From the IMG/VR virus record IMGVR_UViG_3300020188_000808, positions 62,001 through 126,000 of that record: 64,000 nt of DNA, one strand, 5' to 3'. This document shows, piece after piece, positions 54,715-64,000 of the stretch. The notes beneath the pieces are model-generated. The model was not told where the DNA came from, made no database searches, and worked only from the letters and a program-made list of their open reading frames with translations. Positions within the stretch are counted from its first letter, which is position 1. Each line of letters starts with the position of its first letter. A program made the translations under genes and the position numbers.

Positions 54715-57045
54715 ATGGCGGACTATCGTGACAAGATATTTAAAGACGCAGAAGCCTTGGAAAAGAAACGAGTTTCCGAAAAAGAAGTTCTTGGCGGCAA
54801 AGTAAGTTCAACAGATAATAAAAAAGAAAAAGAAAAAGAAGAAACCAAAGCACAAAACAATAGTAAAAAACCAAAAAAAGTCCTTACACAAAAAGATCTA
54901 GTACCAAACGAACTTCATGAGTTTAACTCAATGAATTATATGTTTGGACTATATTGTTTAACCACAGATGAAATATTAGATCCAGATAACACATATATGA
55001 AAACTGGCAAAGAGCCTGAAGTTGTTGTTATTAAAAGTGGCGGTGGAACACGAAACGTTGGCAATCGAAAAGCAATGACGTCTTTAGAAAAAGCTGGAGG
55101 TAGAGTTGAATACTTTATTGACAACTTTACTATGAAATCTCTAATAGGATTTAATGCTCAGACTCGTGCAACACAAATGCACAAAGGACAATTTGAAGTT
55201 ACTGAACCTTATAGCATGGGACAATTCTTTGAAACACTTCAAGTTGCGGCACAAATGGCCGGACATATGTCTTATACCTTTGCAACATTTTTAATGACAA
55301 TTGATTTTGTAGGATATACTGCTGACAATCAAATGAAGCGTGTTGCAAAACGTCAAATACCAATAAAGATAACACAATCTACTATGAACGTTACAGCGTC
55401 TGGTACAGTATACGAAGTTACTTGGCTTTCTTCTAATGGAAGTGCTAACACTGATTCAGTACAAAAAATTCCAACAGACATGCAACTTATTGGCGGCAAT
55501 GTACAAGAAATGTTACAAAGCGGCGCACAAAGTTTAACATCGATTATGAATGGTCATTTGCTAAAACGAGAAGAAGGCAATGAAAGCACTTTTGCTGATC
55601 AGTATATTATATTATTTCCACCAGCTAATGCATTAGAAAGTGCAAAGTTAGCAAGATCTAAAGAAACAAATTCAGCAACAGACGATATGACAGCTCAACA
55701 AAAAGTTGAATCTGCAACAGGAAAAAGTCAAAGTTCACAACAAATTGATTATGATGACTTCCTAAAAAGAATTACAGGTGTAACAGTAAAAAGATCTGAT
55801 CTTGGAGAAGCTATCGTATCTCAAAGTTTAGCAGAAGGAAATATTAACCCTATTGGTAAATCAATACTAGTTAAAGATAAATTACAATCCGGATCAACAG
55901 CAAGTGCCGGATTAAATCAAGTTTATTTTCCAGAAAAAAAGGTATGGGAGCAGAGTGCAAACTTTATACCCGAAGACAAACGTGCTTTTAAATTTGAAAA
56001 AGGTACTAAAATTAATAATATTATTGAAGAAGTAGTATTATCAAGTGAGTACGGCAAAGGGTTATTAGATACAAAATTAAAAGACGGATATCGTCCTTGG
56101 TTCAGTATACTACCAATGGTATTTCAAGTTCCTATAAAAGATATAGAACAAAAGAAAGGCCGCCCGCCATTTATATACGTTTTTAAAGTAATACCGTATG
56201 AGGTACATGCTAGTACTTGGATGTCTCCAGGAGACATTGCACCTGAGGTTGCCATAAATGATATTCGAAAAGAATACCATTATTTGTATACAGGTAAAAA
56301 CAAAGATGTATTAGAGTTTGATCTTACATTCAATACACGTTTCTTAACACCTATTCCACGAGATGGCGGAGCAGATACTAGCACCGCACAAAACGATGGA
56401 GACGCGGCAACAGCTAATCAAAAAGATAACACTAAGCCTATAACAGAAGGAGAAGGTAAAAAAGAAAAACCACTTGTTCCTTTAAAGTCAATTGTTGATT
56501 CTGATATTGAAATTATTACTTCAGGAATGAGAGCAGTTCCTACAGACACTAAAGAAGTAATTGCACGAACATTCCATAAAGCACTAGTTTACAGTTCGGT
56601 AGATTTAGCTAAAGTAGAATTAACTATTATGGGAGACCCATATTTTTTAAGTGATAGTGGAACAGGTAATTATATGTCGGCGGCAGGGTCAACTTGGTAT
56701 GCAGACGAAAACGGTCATATTGACCATGTACGATCTCAACAGTTTATACAACTATTTTTTAAAACTCCATATGATTATTCTGCTAACAGCTCAACTATTG
56801 AATTTCCAACAGTTTCAAATGAAAAAAATGGAATTGTAATTAGACAGTTTAGTGGGGTGTATAAAGTTACTCAATGCGACCACAGTTTTCAAAGTGGACA
56901 GTTTAAACAAACACTGACATTGTTAAGATTAAATGCTCAAGCTGAATTAGATTTTAAAAACAAAGACGCAGAAAACAAACCTCCGGTAGAAGCCAGCGAA
57001 ACCAATTCAAAGAATGATCAACCTGGAAATAGTAGGACAGCATGA
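54715..57045 (+). CDS. Large baseplate hub protein (gp27-like position)
   Basis: 776 aa between gp53 and gp5. C-terminal LTIMGDPYF...SGVYKVTQCDHSFQSGQFKQTLTL. Confidence 0.65.
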   Translation: MADYRDKIFKDAEALEKKRVSEKEVLGGKVSSTDNKKEKEKEETKAQNNSKKPKKVLTQKDLVPNELHEFNSMNYMFGLYCLTTDEILDPDNTYMKTGKEPEVVVIKSGGGTRNVGNRKAMTSLEKAGGRVEYFIDNFTMKSLIGFNAQTRATQMHKGQFEVTEPYSMGQFFETLQVAAQMAGHMSYTFATFLMTIDFVGYTADNQMKRVAKRQIPIKITQSTMNVTASGTVYEVTWLSSNGSANTDSVQKIPTDMQLIGGNVQEMLQSGAQSLTSIMNGHLLKREEGNESTFADQYIILFPPANALESAKLARSKETNSATDDMTAQQKVESATGKSQSSQQIDYDDFLKRITGVTVKRSDLGEAIVSQSLAEGNINPIGKSILVKDKLQSGSTASAGLNQVYFPEKKVWEQSANFIPEDKRAFKFEKGTKINNIIEEVVLSSEYGKGLLDTKLKDGYRPWFSILPMVFQVPIKDIEQKKGRPPFIYVFKVIPYEVHASTWMSPGDIAPEVAINDIRKEYHYLYTGKNKDVLEFDLTFNTRFLTPIPRDGGADTSTAQNDGDAATANQKDNTKPITEGEGKKEKPLVPLKSIVDSDIEIITSGMRAVPTDTKEVIARTFHKALVYSSVDLAKVELTIMGDPYFLSDSGTGNYMSAAGSTWYADENGHIDHVRSQQFIQLFFKTPYDYSANSSTIEFPTVSNEKNGIVIRQFSGVYKVTQCDHSFQSGQFKQTLTLLRLNAQAELDFKNKDAENKPPVEASETNSKNDQPGNSRTA

Positions 57046-58604
57046 TAAACAAAAATCCAAATTTAGATCAAGTTTCAAAAGACAACGCTCCGGTAATGTT
57101 TCCAGGGCCTTATCTAGCTAAGGTTGTTAGCTTTGTTGATGCTCACTATATGGGCGGGTTGCAAGTACAATTACTTAAAACAACTACAACAGGTAACCCT
57201 AACTTTTCAGAAGGATCAATGTACCAAGCAAGATACTTGTCACCCTTTTCAGGACAAACTCCAAGAAACGGAGTAACCAAAAATGACAGTTATAAAGATA
57301 CACAACAGTCATATGGTTTTTGGATGATTCCGCCTGATATTGGAACACAAGTTCTTGTAATATTTGCAGAAGGAAATCCTAACCAATGCTTTTGGCTAGG
57401 GTGTGTGCATGACAGCTATATGAACTTTGCTGTTCCAGGAAATGCCGCAACATCATTTACTACTAAAACTGAACCTGAAAAAATGCAGGGAGCAAAGTTA
57501 CCTGTATCTGAATATAACAAAGAAAATGAACCAGGAGTAGGCCAAGACCCAACTAGATTTTTAAAACCGTTCCAAGAAGAAATGACCAACGGGTTAATTA
57601 ACCAAGGATTAATCTTTGACGAATTCCGCGGGATCACATCTTCAAGTGCAAGGAGAGAAATACCAAGTGCAGTATTTGGATTTAACACACCCGGACCAAT
57701 AGATAAAAGACCAGGTGCACCAAAATCAAGAGTTGGCACAAACGAATCGTTTGTTGAAGTTCATAAATCACGACTAGGCGGAACGTCATTAGTAGCAGAC
57801 GACGGTGACGATAAATTTTTAAGAAGAACAGAAGCAAAAGATGGTCCACCAGATTATGCAGACGTAATGCAACACGAGTTAGATGGCAAACCAACAATTC
57901 CACATAACGAATTATTTCGTGTGCGTACAAGAACAGGACATCAAATACTTTTACATAATTCAGAAGATTTAATTTACATAGCTAATGCTAGAGGAACTGC
58001 TTGGGTAGAATTAACTAGTGATGGCAAAATTGACATTTATGCTGAAGATAGTATTAGTATGCATAGTAAAAATGATTTCAACTTTACAGCAAATCGTAAC
58101 ATTACTATTGAAGCAGGTGCAAATCTATACTTAAAAGCAAGTGGCGATCATGATCAAACTTCTAAATCAGCAGTTGGCAAAATACAAATAGAATCTTCTG
58201 CAGATACTAATATTTTAATCGGAGCCAATGGTAAAATTACAACATCAACTAACTTTGATCTAAACACAGGTAGTGCAAACAAATTTACAGCAGGTACAAC
58301 TACTGATATACTCAGTGGAGGAAATCATACAGAAACAGCGGCAATAATCCATATGAATGGTCCAGCCGCCGGAGAAGCCGCTAAAGTTAGTGCGTTGAAT
58401 ACCCACATAGTTCCGGGCGAAACGTTTGGAGTATTAACTCAAAGAGTTCCGCAACACGAACCATGGCCGTGGCACGAAAACTTAAATCCGGTAGCACACC
58501 GACCGTTTGCTACAGATAGAGACAATAATTTTACAACTAAAAATGATGAACCAACCCCAAGATTACCAGATGCCTTTACAAAAGCAAGTAAAGCTGGCGA
58601 TTAA
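57042..58604 (+). CDS. gp5: Baseplate central spike, gp5-like (OB fold plus beta-helix)
   Basis: 520 aa. YGFWMIPPDIGTQVLVIFAEGN, RTRTGHQILLH, beta-helix repeats. No lysozyme domain recognised. Confidence 0.85.
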   Translation: MINKNPNLDQVSKDNAPVMFPGPYLAKVVSFVDAHYMGGLQVQLLKTTTTGNPNFSEGSMYQARYLSPFSGQTPRNGVTKNDSYKDTQQSYGFWMIPPDIGTQVLVIFAEGNPNQCFWLGCVHDSYMNFAVPGNAATSFTTKTEPEKMQGAKLPVSEYNKENEPGVGQDPTRFLKPFQEEMTNGLINQGLIFDEFRGITSSSARREIPSAVFGFNTPGPIDKRPGAPKSRVGTNESFVEVHKSRLGGTSLVADDGDDKFLRRTEAKDGPPDYADVMQHELDGKPTIPHNELFRVRTRTGHQILLHNSEDLIYIANARGTAWVELTSDGKIDIYAEDSISMHSKNDFNFTANRNITIEAGANLYLKASGDHDQTSKSAVGKIQIESSADTNILIGANGKITTSTNFDLNTGSANKFTAGTTTDILSGGNHTETAAIIHMNGPAAGEAAKVSALNTHIVPGETFGVLTQRVPQHEPWPWHENLNPVAHRPFATDRDNNFTTKNDEPTPRLPDAFTKASKAGD

Positions 58605-58624
58605 AACTTAAGGTAAATAGTGTT

Positions 58625-59062
58625 ATGGCAAGTGAATTATATAAAAATGTAACAGTTAATACAGTAAAAAGTCCTGCAAATCCTACAACCACTAATCGTG
58701 CTTATAGAGGCCTTAGTACTGTTAATCCAGAGAACAACAGTAAAACGTTGTATGACATTGGACTGATTAAACAAGATTTACTTAATCACTTCCATATACG
58801 CCAAGGCGAAAAATTAGAAAATCCCGAGTTTGGAACAATCATTTGGGACGCATTGTTTGAACCGCTAACACCATCAATGGAAGAAGCAATAGCTGAAAAC
58901 GTTAAAAGGATAGTAAATTCGGACCCAAGAGTCATTGTAAATCAAATTGTCATTGACACATACGAAAGTGGTATTATTATAGACTGCGAATTGACATATT
59001 TGCCTTATAATATCAGTGAAAAAATGCGTTTGACATTTGACGAAAACGCGGGAGTGAATTAA
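58625..59062 (+). CDS. gp25: Baseplate wedge protein, gp25-like
   Basis: 145 aa. DLLNHFHIRQGEKLENPEFGTIIWDALFEPL. Confidence 0.9.
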   Translation: MASELYKNVTVNTVKSPANPTTTNRAYRGLSTVNPENNSKTLYDIGLIKQDLLNHFHIRQGEKLENPEFGTIIWDALFEPLTPSMEEAIAENVKRIVNSDPRVIVNQIVIDTYESGIIIDCELTYLPYNISEKMRLTFDENAGVN

Positions 59063-59115
59063 GTACATACTTAACACAATACAATAAATACTACTATACT
59101 AAGGAAAGCAAATAA

Positions 59116-62100
59116 ATGGCGGCAACAGATAGACAAAATAGGTTATTAATAGCAGAAGATTGGGCCAAGGTGTATCAGTCTTTCCGTAATGCTGAGTTCA
59201 AATCATATGATTTTGACAACTTACGCAGAACAATGATTAACTACCTTAGAGAAAATTATCCTGAGGACTTTAATGATTACATTGAATCAAGCGAATACCT
59301 AGCACTAATTGACCTAATTGCTTTCTTAGGACAAAACCTTGCTTTTAGAGTAGACTTAAATTCAAGAGAAAACTTTTTAGAACTTGCATCACGTAGAGAA
59401 AGTATTCTACGTTTAGCACGTTTACTTTCTTACAATCCTAAACGTAACAAAGCGGCCAACGGATTGCTTAAATTAGAAACTGTATCAACATCAGAAGACA
59501 TTGTTGATAGTAACGGATCAAATTTAGCTAACCAATCAATTATTTGGAACGACCCTAGTAACTCTAATTGGAGAGAACAGTTTGAAAGAGTGTTAAACGC
59601 CGCTCTACCAATAAATTCGCAGATTGGCAAACCAATTAAAAAAGATAGTGTTGAAGGCGTTCCAACAGATCAATACAGATTTAATGCATCAAACACTGAT
59701 GTACCGGTTTATACTTTTAGTAAAAATGTTGATGGTAGAAGTCTACAGTTTCAACTTGTTAGTACAGATGTTAATAACGGAGTTATTTCTGAAGAAGCAC
59801 CGTTTCCAGGAAACAGTTTAGGATTTCTTTATAGAGATGACGGCAGAGGTCCAGGATCAACTAACTCAGGATTTTTTGCACACTTCCGTCAAGGTACACT
59901 TGATAGCGGAACGTTTAATATTGATACTCCAAGTACTAACCAAACAGTAAGTATTGAAGCAACAAATGTTAACAATGACGATGTTTGGTTGTACAAGTTA
60001 AACTCAATTGGAGCAGAGGACGTATTGTGGACAAAAGTTGATGCTGTTGAAGGTAACAATATTGTTTATAATAGTACAAGAAAAGATCAAAGAAACATTT
60101 ATGCTGTGTTAACAAAAACACAAGACTCAATTGACATGATCTTTAGTGACGGAACATTTGGTAACCTTCCTAAAGGCTCGTTTAAAGCCTTTTACAGAAC
60201 TAGTGCAAATGACAGTTTTAATATTGTTCCAAAAGACTTAACAAATATTTCTGTAACAGTTCCTTATATTGCAAAATCAGGAAATGATGCAACATTGAAT
60301 TTAGTATTTTCTTTAAAATACACAGTTGACAACTCAAGCATAAGTGAGTCAAATGCAAGTATTAGAGCAAATGCTCCTTCTACATATTATACACAGAATC
60401 GTATGGTAACAGGAGAAGACTATCAAGTAGCACCATTAGGAATTAGCCAAGAAATTATTAAAGTGAAAACTGTTAATAGATCTGCAAGTGGTATTAGTAG
60501 ATATTACGATCTTTTAGATTCTACAGGAAAATATTCAAATACTAGTTTGTTTGGAACAGATGGATTATTATATAAAGAATTAATTAACAGTAAAGAAGTG
60601 TTTACGTTTAGTACTAGAACTGACGTTGAAGGAACTATTGAAAATGTAGTTACTCCAATACTATCAAAAAATTCAGTTATTAATTATTATCTAGATAATT
60701 TTCCAAAGGTTTTAGTTGCTGATTTACAAGCAAGTTGGTCGCAAGTTTCAAATGCAACAAATTACAGTACAGGCCAGTTTTTAGATTCAGTTGGCTCTAC
60801 ATATCAAGTTGGATCATTTACAGGTAGTGGATTACGTTTTATTGAATCAGGAAGTTTAGTTAAATTTGTTGCACCAACAGGACAGTATTTTGCTAAAGAT
60901 GGAACATTAGGAACCGGCAATGTTTTACCGGCAGGGACAAAGCGTTACATATGGACTAAGGTAGTGAGTGTGTTTGGTGATGGAAGATCTAATCAAACTG
61001 ACGGTAGCGGCCCTATTGTGTTTAATGATGTTATTCCAACAGGAGCAATACTTAACGAAATTAGACCAAAGTTTAGTAAAGCACTTGTTGCTGATGTAAA
61101 AACTCAATTAATTGACCAAGTATTTGCATACAAAACATTTGGTTTAAGATACGATACTAATCTAAGACAATGGCGTTTAATTACAGAAAATAACTTAGAC
61201 ATTACAAGTAACTTTAGTACAGGTAAAACTGGTGATATTACTAACCAACAGTTAGATGCAAGTTGGTTACTATTATTTGAAACAGACGGATCGCAGTATA
61301 CTATTAGTTATAGAGGGCTAAGATATATTTTTGAAAGCAACGAAGAAATTAAATTCTTCTATGACAGCGAACAAAAAATTTACGATAACAAGACAGGACA
61401 AATTGTTAAAGATAAAATTTCAGTGTTATCAATTAATACCACACCAGATGGCGTAACACCATTTACTATTGATTATCCTTGGCAAATTACAAAAGAATAC
61501 AGAGACCCTGAAGGATATATTGACAGTAAAAAAGTTGAAGTAGGATTTTACGACACAGATGATGATTCAGTAGTTGATGATCCTGATACATTTAATGAAT
61601 TAATTGCACCAACTGTTAATGTTAATTCAAAGTTTGTTTTCTTAAAGAAATACGTTACATCAGACAACATTGAAGATTTTAAATATGTTGACAATGACAT
61701 TGAAAATATTAGCGTAGTAACTAATGATAGTTTTATTCAAACTTCAGGAATGCCAAACGGTAAAGTATTTTATGTTGCAAACACAGACGTATTTAAAGTG
61801 TACAACAATGTTACAGGACTATTAACACAAACTACTGATTATAAAGCATTTACAGGTCGTGATAAATTAAAATTCCATTACGTTCATACAGCAGATGATG
61901 ACGCTCGTATTGATCCAAGTAGTACTAATATCAACGATTGCTATTTGTTAACAAAAACATATGACACAGCATTTAGGCAGTATTTAAATGGCGTAACAGC
62001 AACTTTACCACTGCCTCCAAGTAGTGATAACTTGTTTAACAGCTATGGTGGAGAAATTAATAAAATCAAGTCAATTAGTGACGAAGTGATTTATCATCCG

Positions 62101-62556
62101 GTTAAGTACAAAGTACTGTTTGGAACAAAAGCAGAATCAAATATGCAGGCTACATTTAAGATTGTAAAAAACCCAGAACAAGTTGTTAATGACAACGATA
62201 TTAAATCAAAAGTTATTACTGCAATCAATCAATTTTTTGCATTAGAAAATTGGGACTTTGGTGATACATTTTACTTTACAGAATTAAGCACATACGTGAT
62301 GAATCAAGTGTCTCCAGACTTAGTAAGTTTAATTATTGTTCCTAAACAATCGTCACAGACATTTGGTAGTTTGTTTGAAATACGCGGTGAAGCAAATGAA
62401 ATTTTTATTAGTGGAGCAACAGTTGACGATGTACAAGTTATTGACGCAATCACTGCCAGTAGAATACAAGCGACAGGAAATGTTGTAACAGCAACAAATT
62501 CTAACACTACTAACGGAATTACAAGTGGCACTACGTATAGTAGTACATCTTATTAA
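59116..62556 (+). CDS. gp6: Baseplate wedge protein, gp6-like (extended)
   Basis: 1146 aa. SYDFDNLR, FNDYIESSE, ENFLELASRRESILRLARLLSYNPKR, TQNRMVTGEDY. Confidence 0.9.
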   Translation: MAATDRQNRLLIAEDWAKVYQSFRNAEFKSYDFDNLRRTMINYLRENYPEDFNDYIESSEYLALIDLIAFLGQNLAFRVDLNSRENFLELASRRESILRLARLLSYNPKRNKAANGLLKLETVSTSEDIVDSNGSNLANQSIIWNDPSNSNWREQFERVLNAALPINSQIGKPIKKDSVEGVPTDQYRFNASNTDVPVYTFSKNVDGRSLQFQLVSTDVNNGVISEEAPFPGNSLGFLYRDDGRGPGSTNSGFFAHFRQGTLDSGTFNIDTPSTNQTVSIEATNVNNDDVWLYKLNSIGAEDVLWTKVDAVEGNNIVYNSTRKDQRNIYAVLTKTQDSIDMIFSDGTFGNLPKGSFKAFYRTSANDSFNIVPKDLTNISVTVPYIAKSGNDATLNLVFSLKYTVDNSSISESNASIRANAPSTYYTQNRMVTGEDYQVAPLGISQEIIKVKTVNRSASGISRYYDLLDSTGKYSNTSLFGTDGLLYKELINSKEVFTFSTRTDVEGTIENVVTPILSKNSVINYYLDNFPKVLVADLQASWSQVSNATNYSTGQFLDSVGSTYQVGSFTGSGLRFIESGSLVKFVAPTGQYFAKDGTLGTGNVLPAGTKRYIWTKVVSVFGDGRSNQTDGSGPIVFNDVIPTGAILNEIRPKFSKALVADVKTQLIDQVFAYKTFGLRYDTNLRQWRLITENNLDITSNFSTGKTGDITNQQLDASWLLLFETDGSQYTISYRGLRYIFESNEEIKFFYDSEQKIYDNKTGQIVKDKISVLSINTTPDGVTPFTIDYPWQITKEYRDPEGYIDSKKVEVGFYDTDDDSVVDDPDTFNELIAPTVNVNSKFVFLKKYVTSDNIEDFKYVDNDIENISVVTNDSFIQTSGMPNGKVFYVANTDVFKVYNNVTGLLTQTTDYKAFTGRDKLKFHYVHTADDDARIDPSSTNINDCYLLTKTYDTAFRQYLNGVTATLPLPPSSDNLFNSYGGEINKIKSISDEVIYHPVKYKVLFGTKAESNMQATFKIVKNPEQVVNDNDIKSKVITAINQFFALENWDFGDTFYFTELSTYVMNQVSPDLVSLIIVPKQSSQTFGSLFEIRGEANEIFISGATVDDVQVIDAITASRIQATGNVVTATNSNTTNGITSGTTYSSTSY

Positions 62557-62569
62557 GGGGATAAGCTAA

Positions 62570-64000
62570 ATGGCTTTTAACGACAATCAATCTGATAATG
62601 CTCTTCCAGTAGGAGCCAATCAGAATAAGAGAGCTAGTGTTGACCACTTACCTAAGTATTTTAGAACCGAATCAAATAAAAAGTTTCTTAGTGCTACACT
62701 TGATCAACTTTTAAATCCAGGAGTTGCTGAAAAGATTTCAGCATACTATGGAAGACGTATTGCAAAAGCTAGAATTGCTTCTGATAATTATGTATCAGAT
62801 ACATCAACTGATAGAGAAAATTATCAATTTGAACCTGCAACACTTATTCAAGACGAATTAGGTAATGTTAATTTTTACAAAGATTATAACGATTTTAAAA
62901 ATCAAATTAAAGCATTTAACGGCACAGTTGATAATGATAGTGTTTTAAATAAACAAGAATATTATGCTTGGAACCCACACATTAATTGGGACAAGTTTAC
63001 TAACTACAGAGAATACTATTGGTTACCAAACGGACCAATCGGCATTGGCATCGTTGGCCAAGTTAAAGATATTACTAGTACGTTTACTGTTACTAGCCAA
63101 GATAATATTGATAACACAGCATATGTATTTTCGCCAGACGGTAAGACACAAAATCCTTCATTAAAATTATATAGAGGACAAACTTACACGTTCGAAATTA
63201 ATACTCCTGGAATGCCTTTAACATTTAGAACTGCAAGAAGTTTAGATGCTGAAGTATTGTATACTACAGGTATTGATGATAGTACACAAACAACTGACGT
63301 TGGTACTGTTACTTTTGAAGTAGACATAAATGCTCCAGACACGCTGTATTATATTAATGGTAACGATATTAATACTAGTGGATTAATTAAGATTTATGAT
63401 ATTGAAGATAACAGTTCAATAGACGTTGAATCCGAAATACTTGGTAAAAAAGAATATGTAATGTCTAATGGGTATTCGTTATCCAATGGAATGAAAGTAT
63501 ACTTCCAAGGCGAAGTAACACCTGCAAAATATGCACAAGGCGAGTGGTATGTTGAAGGTGTTGGAGACAAAATTAAATTAGTTTCAGAAGCGAATGTACA
63601 AATTCCTGGAACATATGCTACAGATAAACCAGTACCATTTGATTCAGAAAATTTTGATAGAGTTCCTTTTAGTAATGCAAACAGTTATGCAGGAACAAAA
63701 GATTACGTTTGTATGAATAGATCAAGTCGTGATTTAAATCCGTGGGCAAGATACAATAGATGGACACATAAAACTGTAATAGAAACTACAGCAACTATCA
63801 ATGGCATTGTTCCAGAAATTGATCAAACAAATAGAGCCAAACGTCCTATTATTGAATTTAATGAAAATATTAAATTACATGAATTTGGTACAGAAGCAAA
63901 AGAAAATGTAGATTTAATTGATACATTTACAACTGACGTCTTTAGTACTATTGAAGGTTCGTTAGGTTATAACATTGACGGTGTTGAAATTGCAGACGGA
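62570..64000 (+). CDS. Large baseplate wedge-associated protein (gp7-like position), runs off window end
   Basis: ATG 62570 (MAFNDNQSDNALPVG...WDKFTNYREYYWLPNGP). Appears open to the edge. Not in the ORF track. Confidence 0.75.
   Translation, partial: MAFNDNQSDNALPVGANQNKRASVDHLPKYFRTESNKKFLSATLDQLLNPGVAEKISAYYGRRIAKARIASDNYVSDTSTDRENYQFEPATLIQDELGNVNFYKDYNDFKNQIKAFNGTVDNDSVLNKQEYYAWNPHINWDKFTNYREYYWLPNGPIGIGIVGQVKDITSTFTVTSQDNIDNTAYVFSPDGKTQNPSLKLYRGQTYTFEINTPGMPLTFRTARSLDAEVLYTTGIDDSTQTTDVGTVTFEVDINAPDTLYYINGNDINTSGLIKIYDIEDNSSIDVESEILGKKEYVMSNGYSLSNGMKVYFQGEVTPAKYAQGEWYVEGVGDKIKLVSEANVQIPGTYATDKPVPFDSENFDRVPFSNANSYAGTKDYVCMNRSSRDLNPWARYNRWTHKTVIETTATINGIVPEIDQTNRAKRPIIEFNENIKLHEFGTEAKENVDLIDTFTTDVFSTIEGSLGYNIDGVEIADG

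Larger units (their letters stand above)
2934..59090. promoter_or_regulatory. Dispersed late-promoter motif NTAAATA (T4 TATAAATA-like)
   Basis: Seen just upstream of many structural genes, e.g. 8416-8422, 27436-27442, 31318-31324, 31742-31748, 34528-34534, 35101-35107, 44491-44497, 44519-44525, 48340-48346, 53510-53516. A gp55-like sigma is encoded in the window. Confidence 0.8.

Noticed and set aside
57416-57930. Minus-strand ORFs inside gp5 and a possible lysozyme insert
   Set aside because: Antisense shadows. No lysozyme catalytic motif recognised in gp5.
1-64000. Stop-codon reassignment, CRISPR array, tRNA genes
   Set aside because: Core genes are full length in the standard code. No regularly spaced repeat-spacer array or tRNA cloverleaf was noticed by eye; a tRNAscan/ARAGORN run would confirm.

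Overview
AT-rich 64-kb segment of a large T4-related (gp20/21/22/23, gp46/47, gp55, gp5/6/25/26/53) myovirus, most likely an aquatic jumbo-type phage. Positions 1-31230 (minus strand) are a tail-fibre/virion-appendage region: two giant paralogous fibre proteins, three Cys/Gly-rich adhesin-like paralogs with chaperone partners, and a glycosyltransferase-like/SGNH-like/carbamoyltransferase cassette. 31329-35200 is an accessory island of short units bounded by terminators and promoters: a PiT-like transporter behind a Pho-box-like repeat, TusE/DsrC, a cold-shock protein, candidate ncRNAs, and a 24-aa PqqA (PQQ precursor peptide) gene missed by the ORF track. 35211-44462 is the head module plus tape measure. 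44539-45629 is a gp26-like gene with a predicted -1 frameshift into a gp51-like ORF. 48735-53454 holds a ~370-nt structured element after a GIY-YIG gene, gp46/47 and gp55. 53536-64000 (plus strand) is the baseplate operon. A late-promoter motif NTAAATA precedes most structural genes. All calls are from motif recognition and hand inspection; no database searches or folding programs were run.
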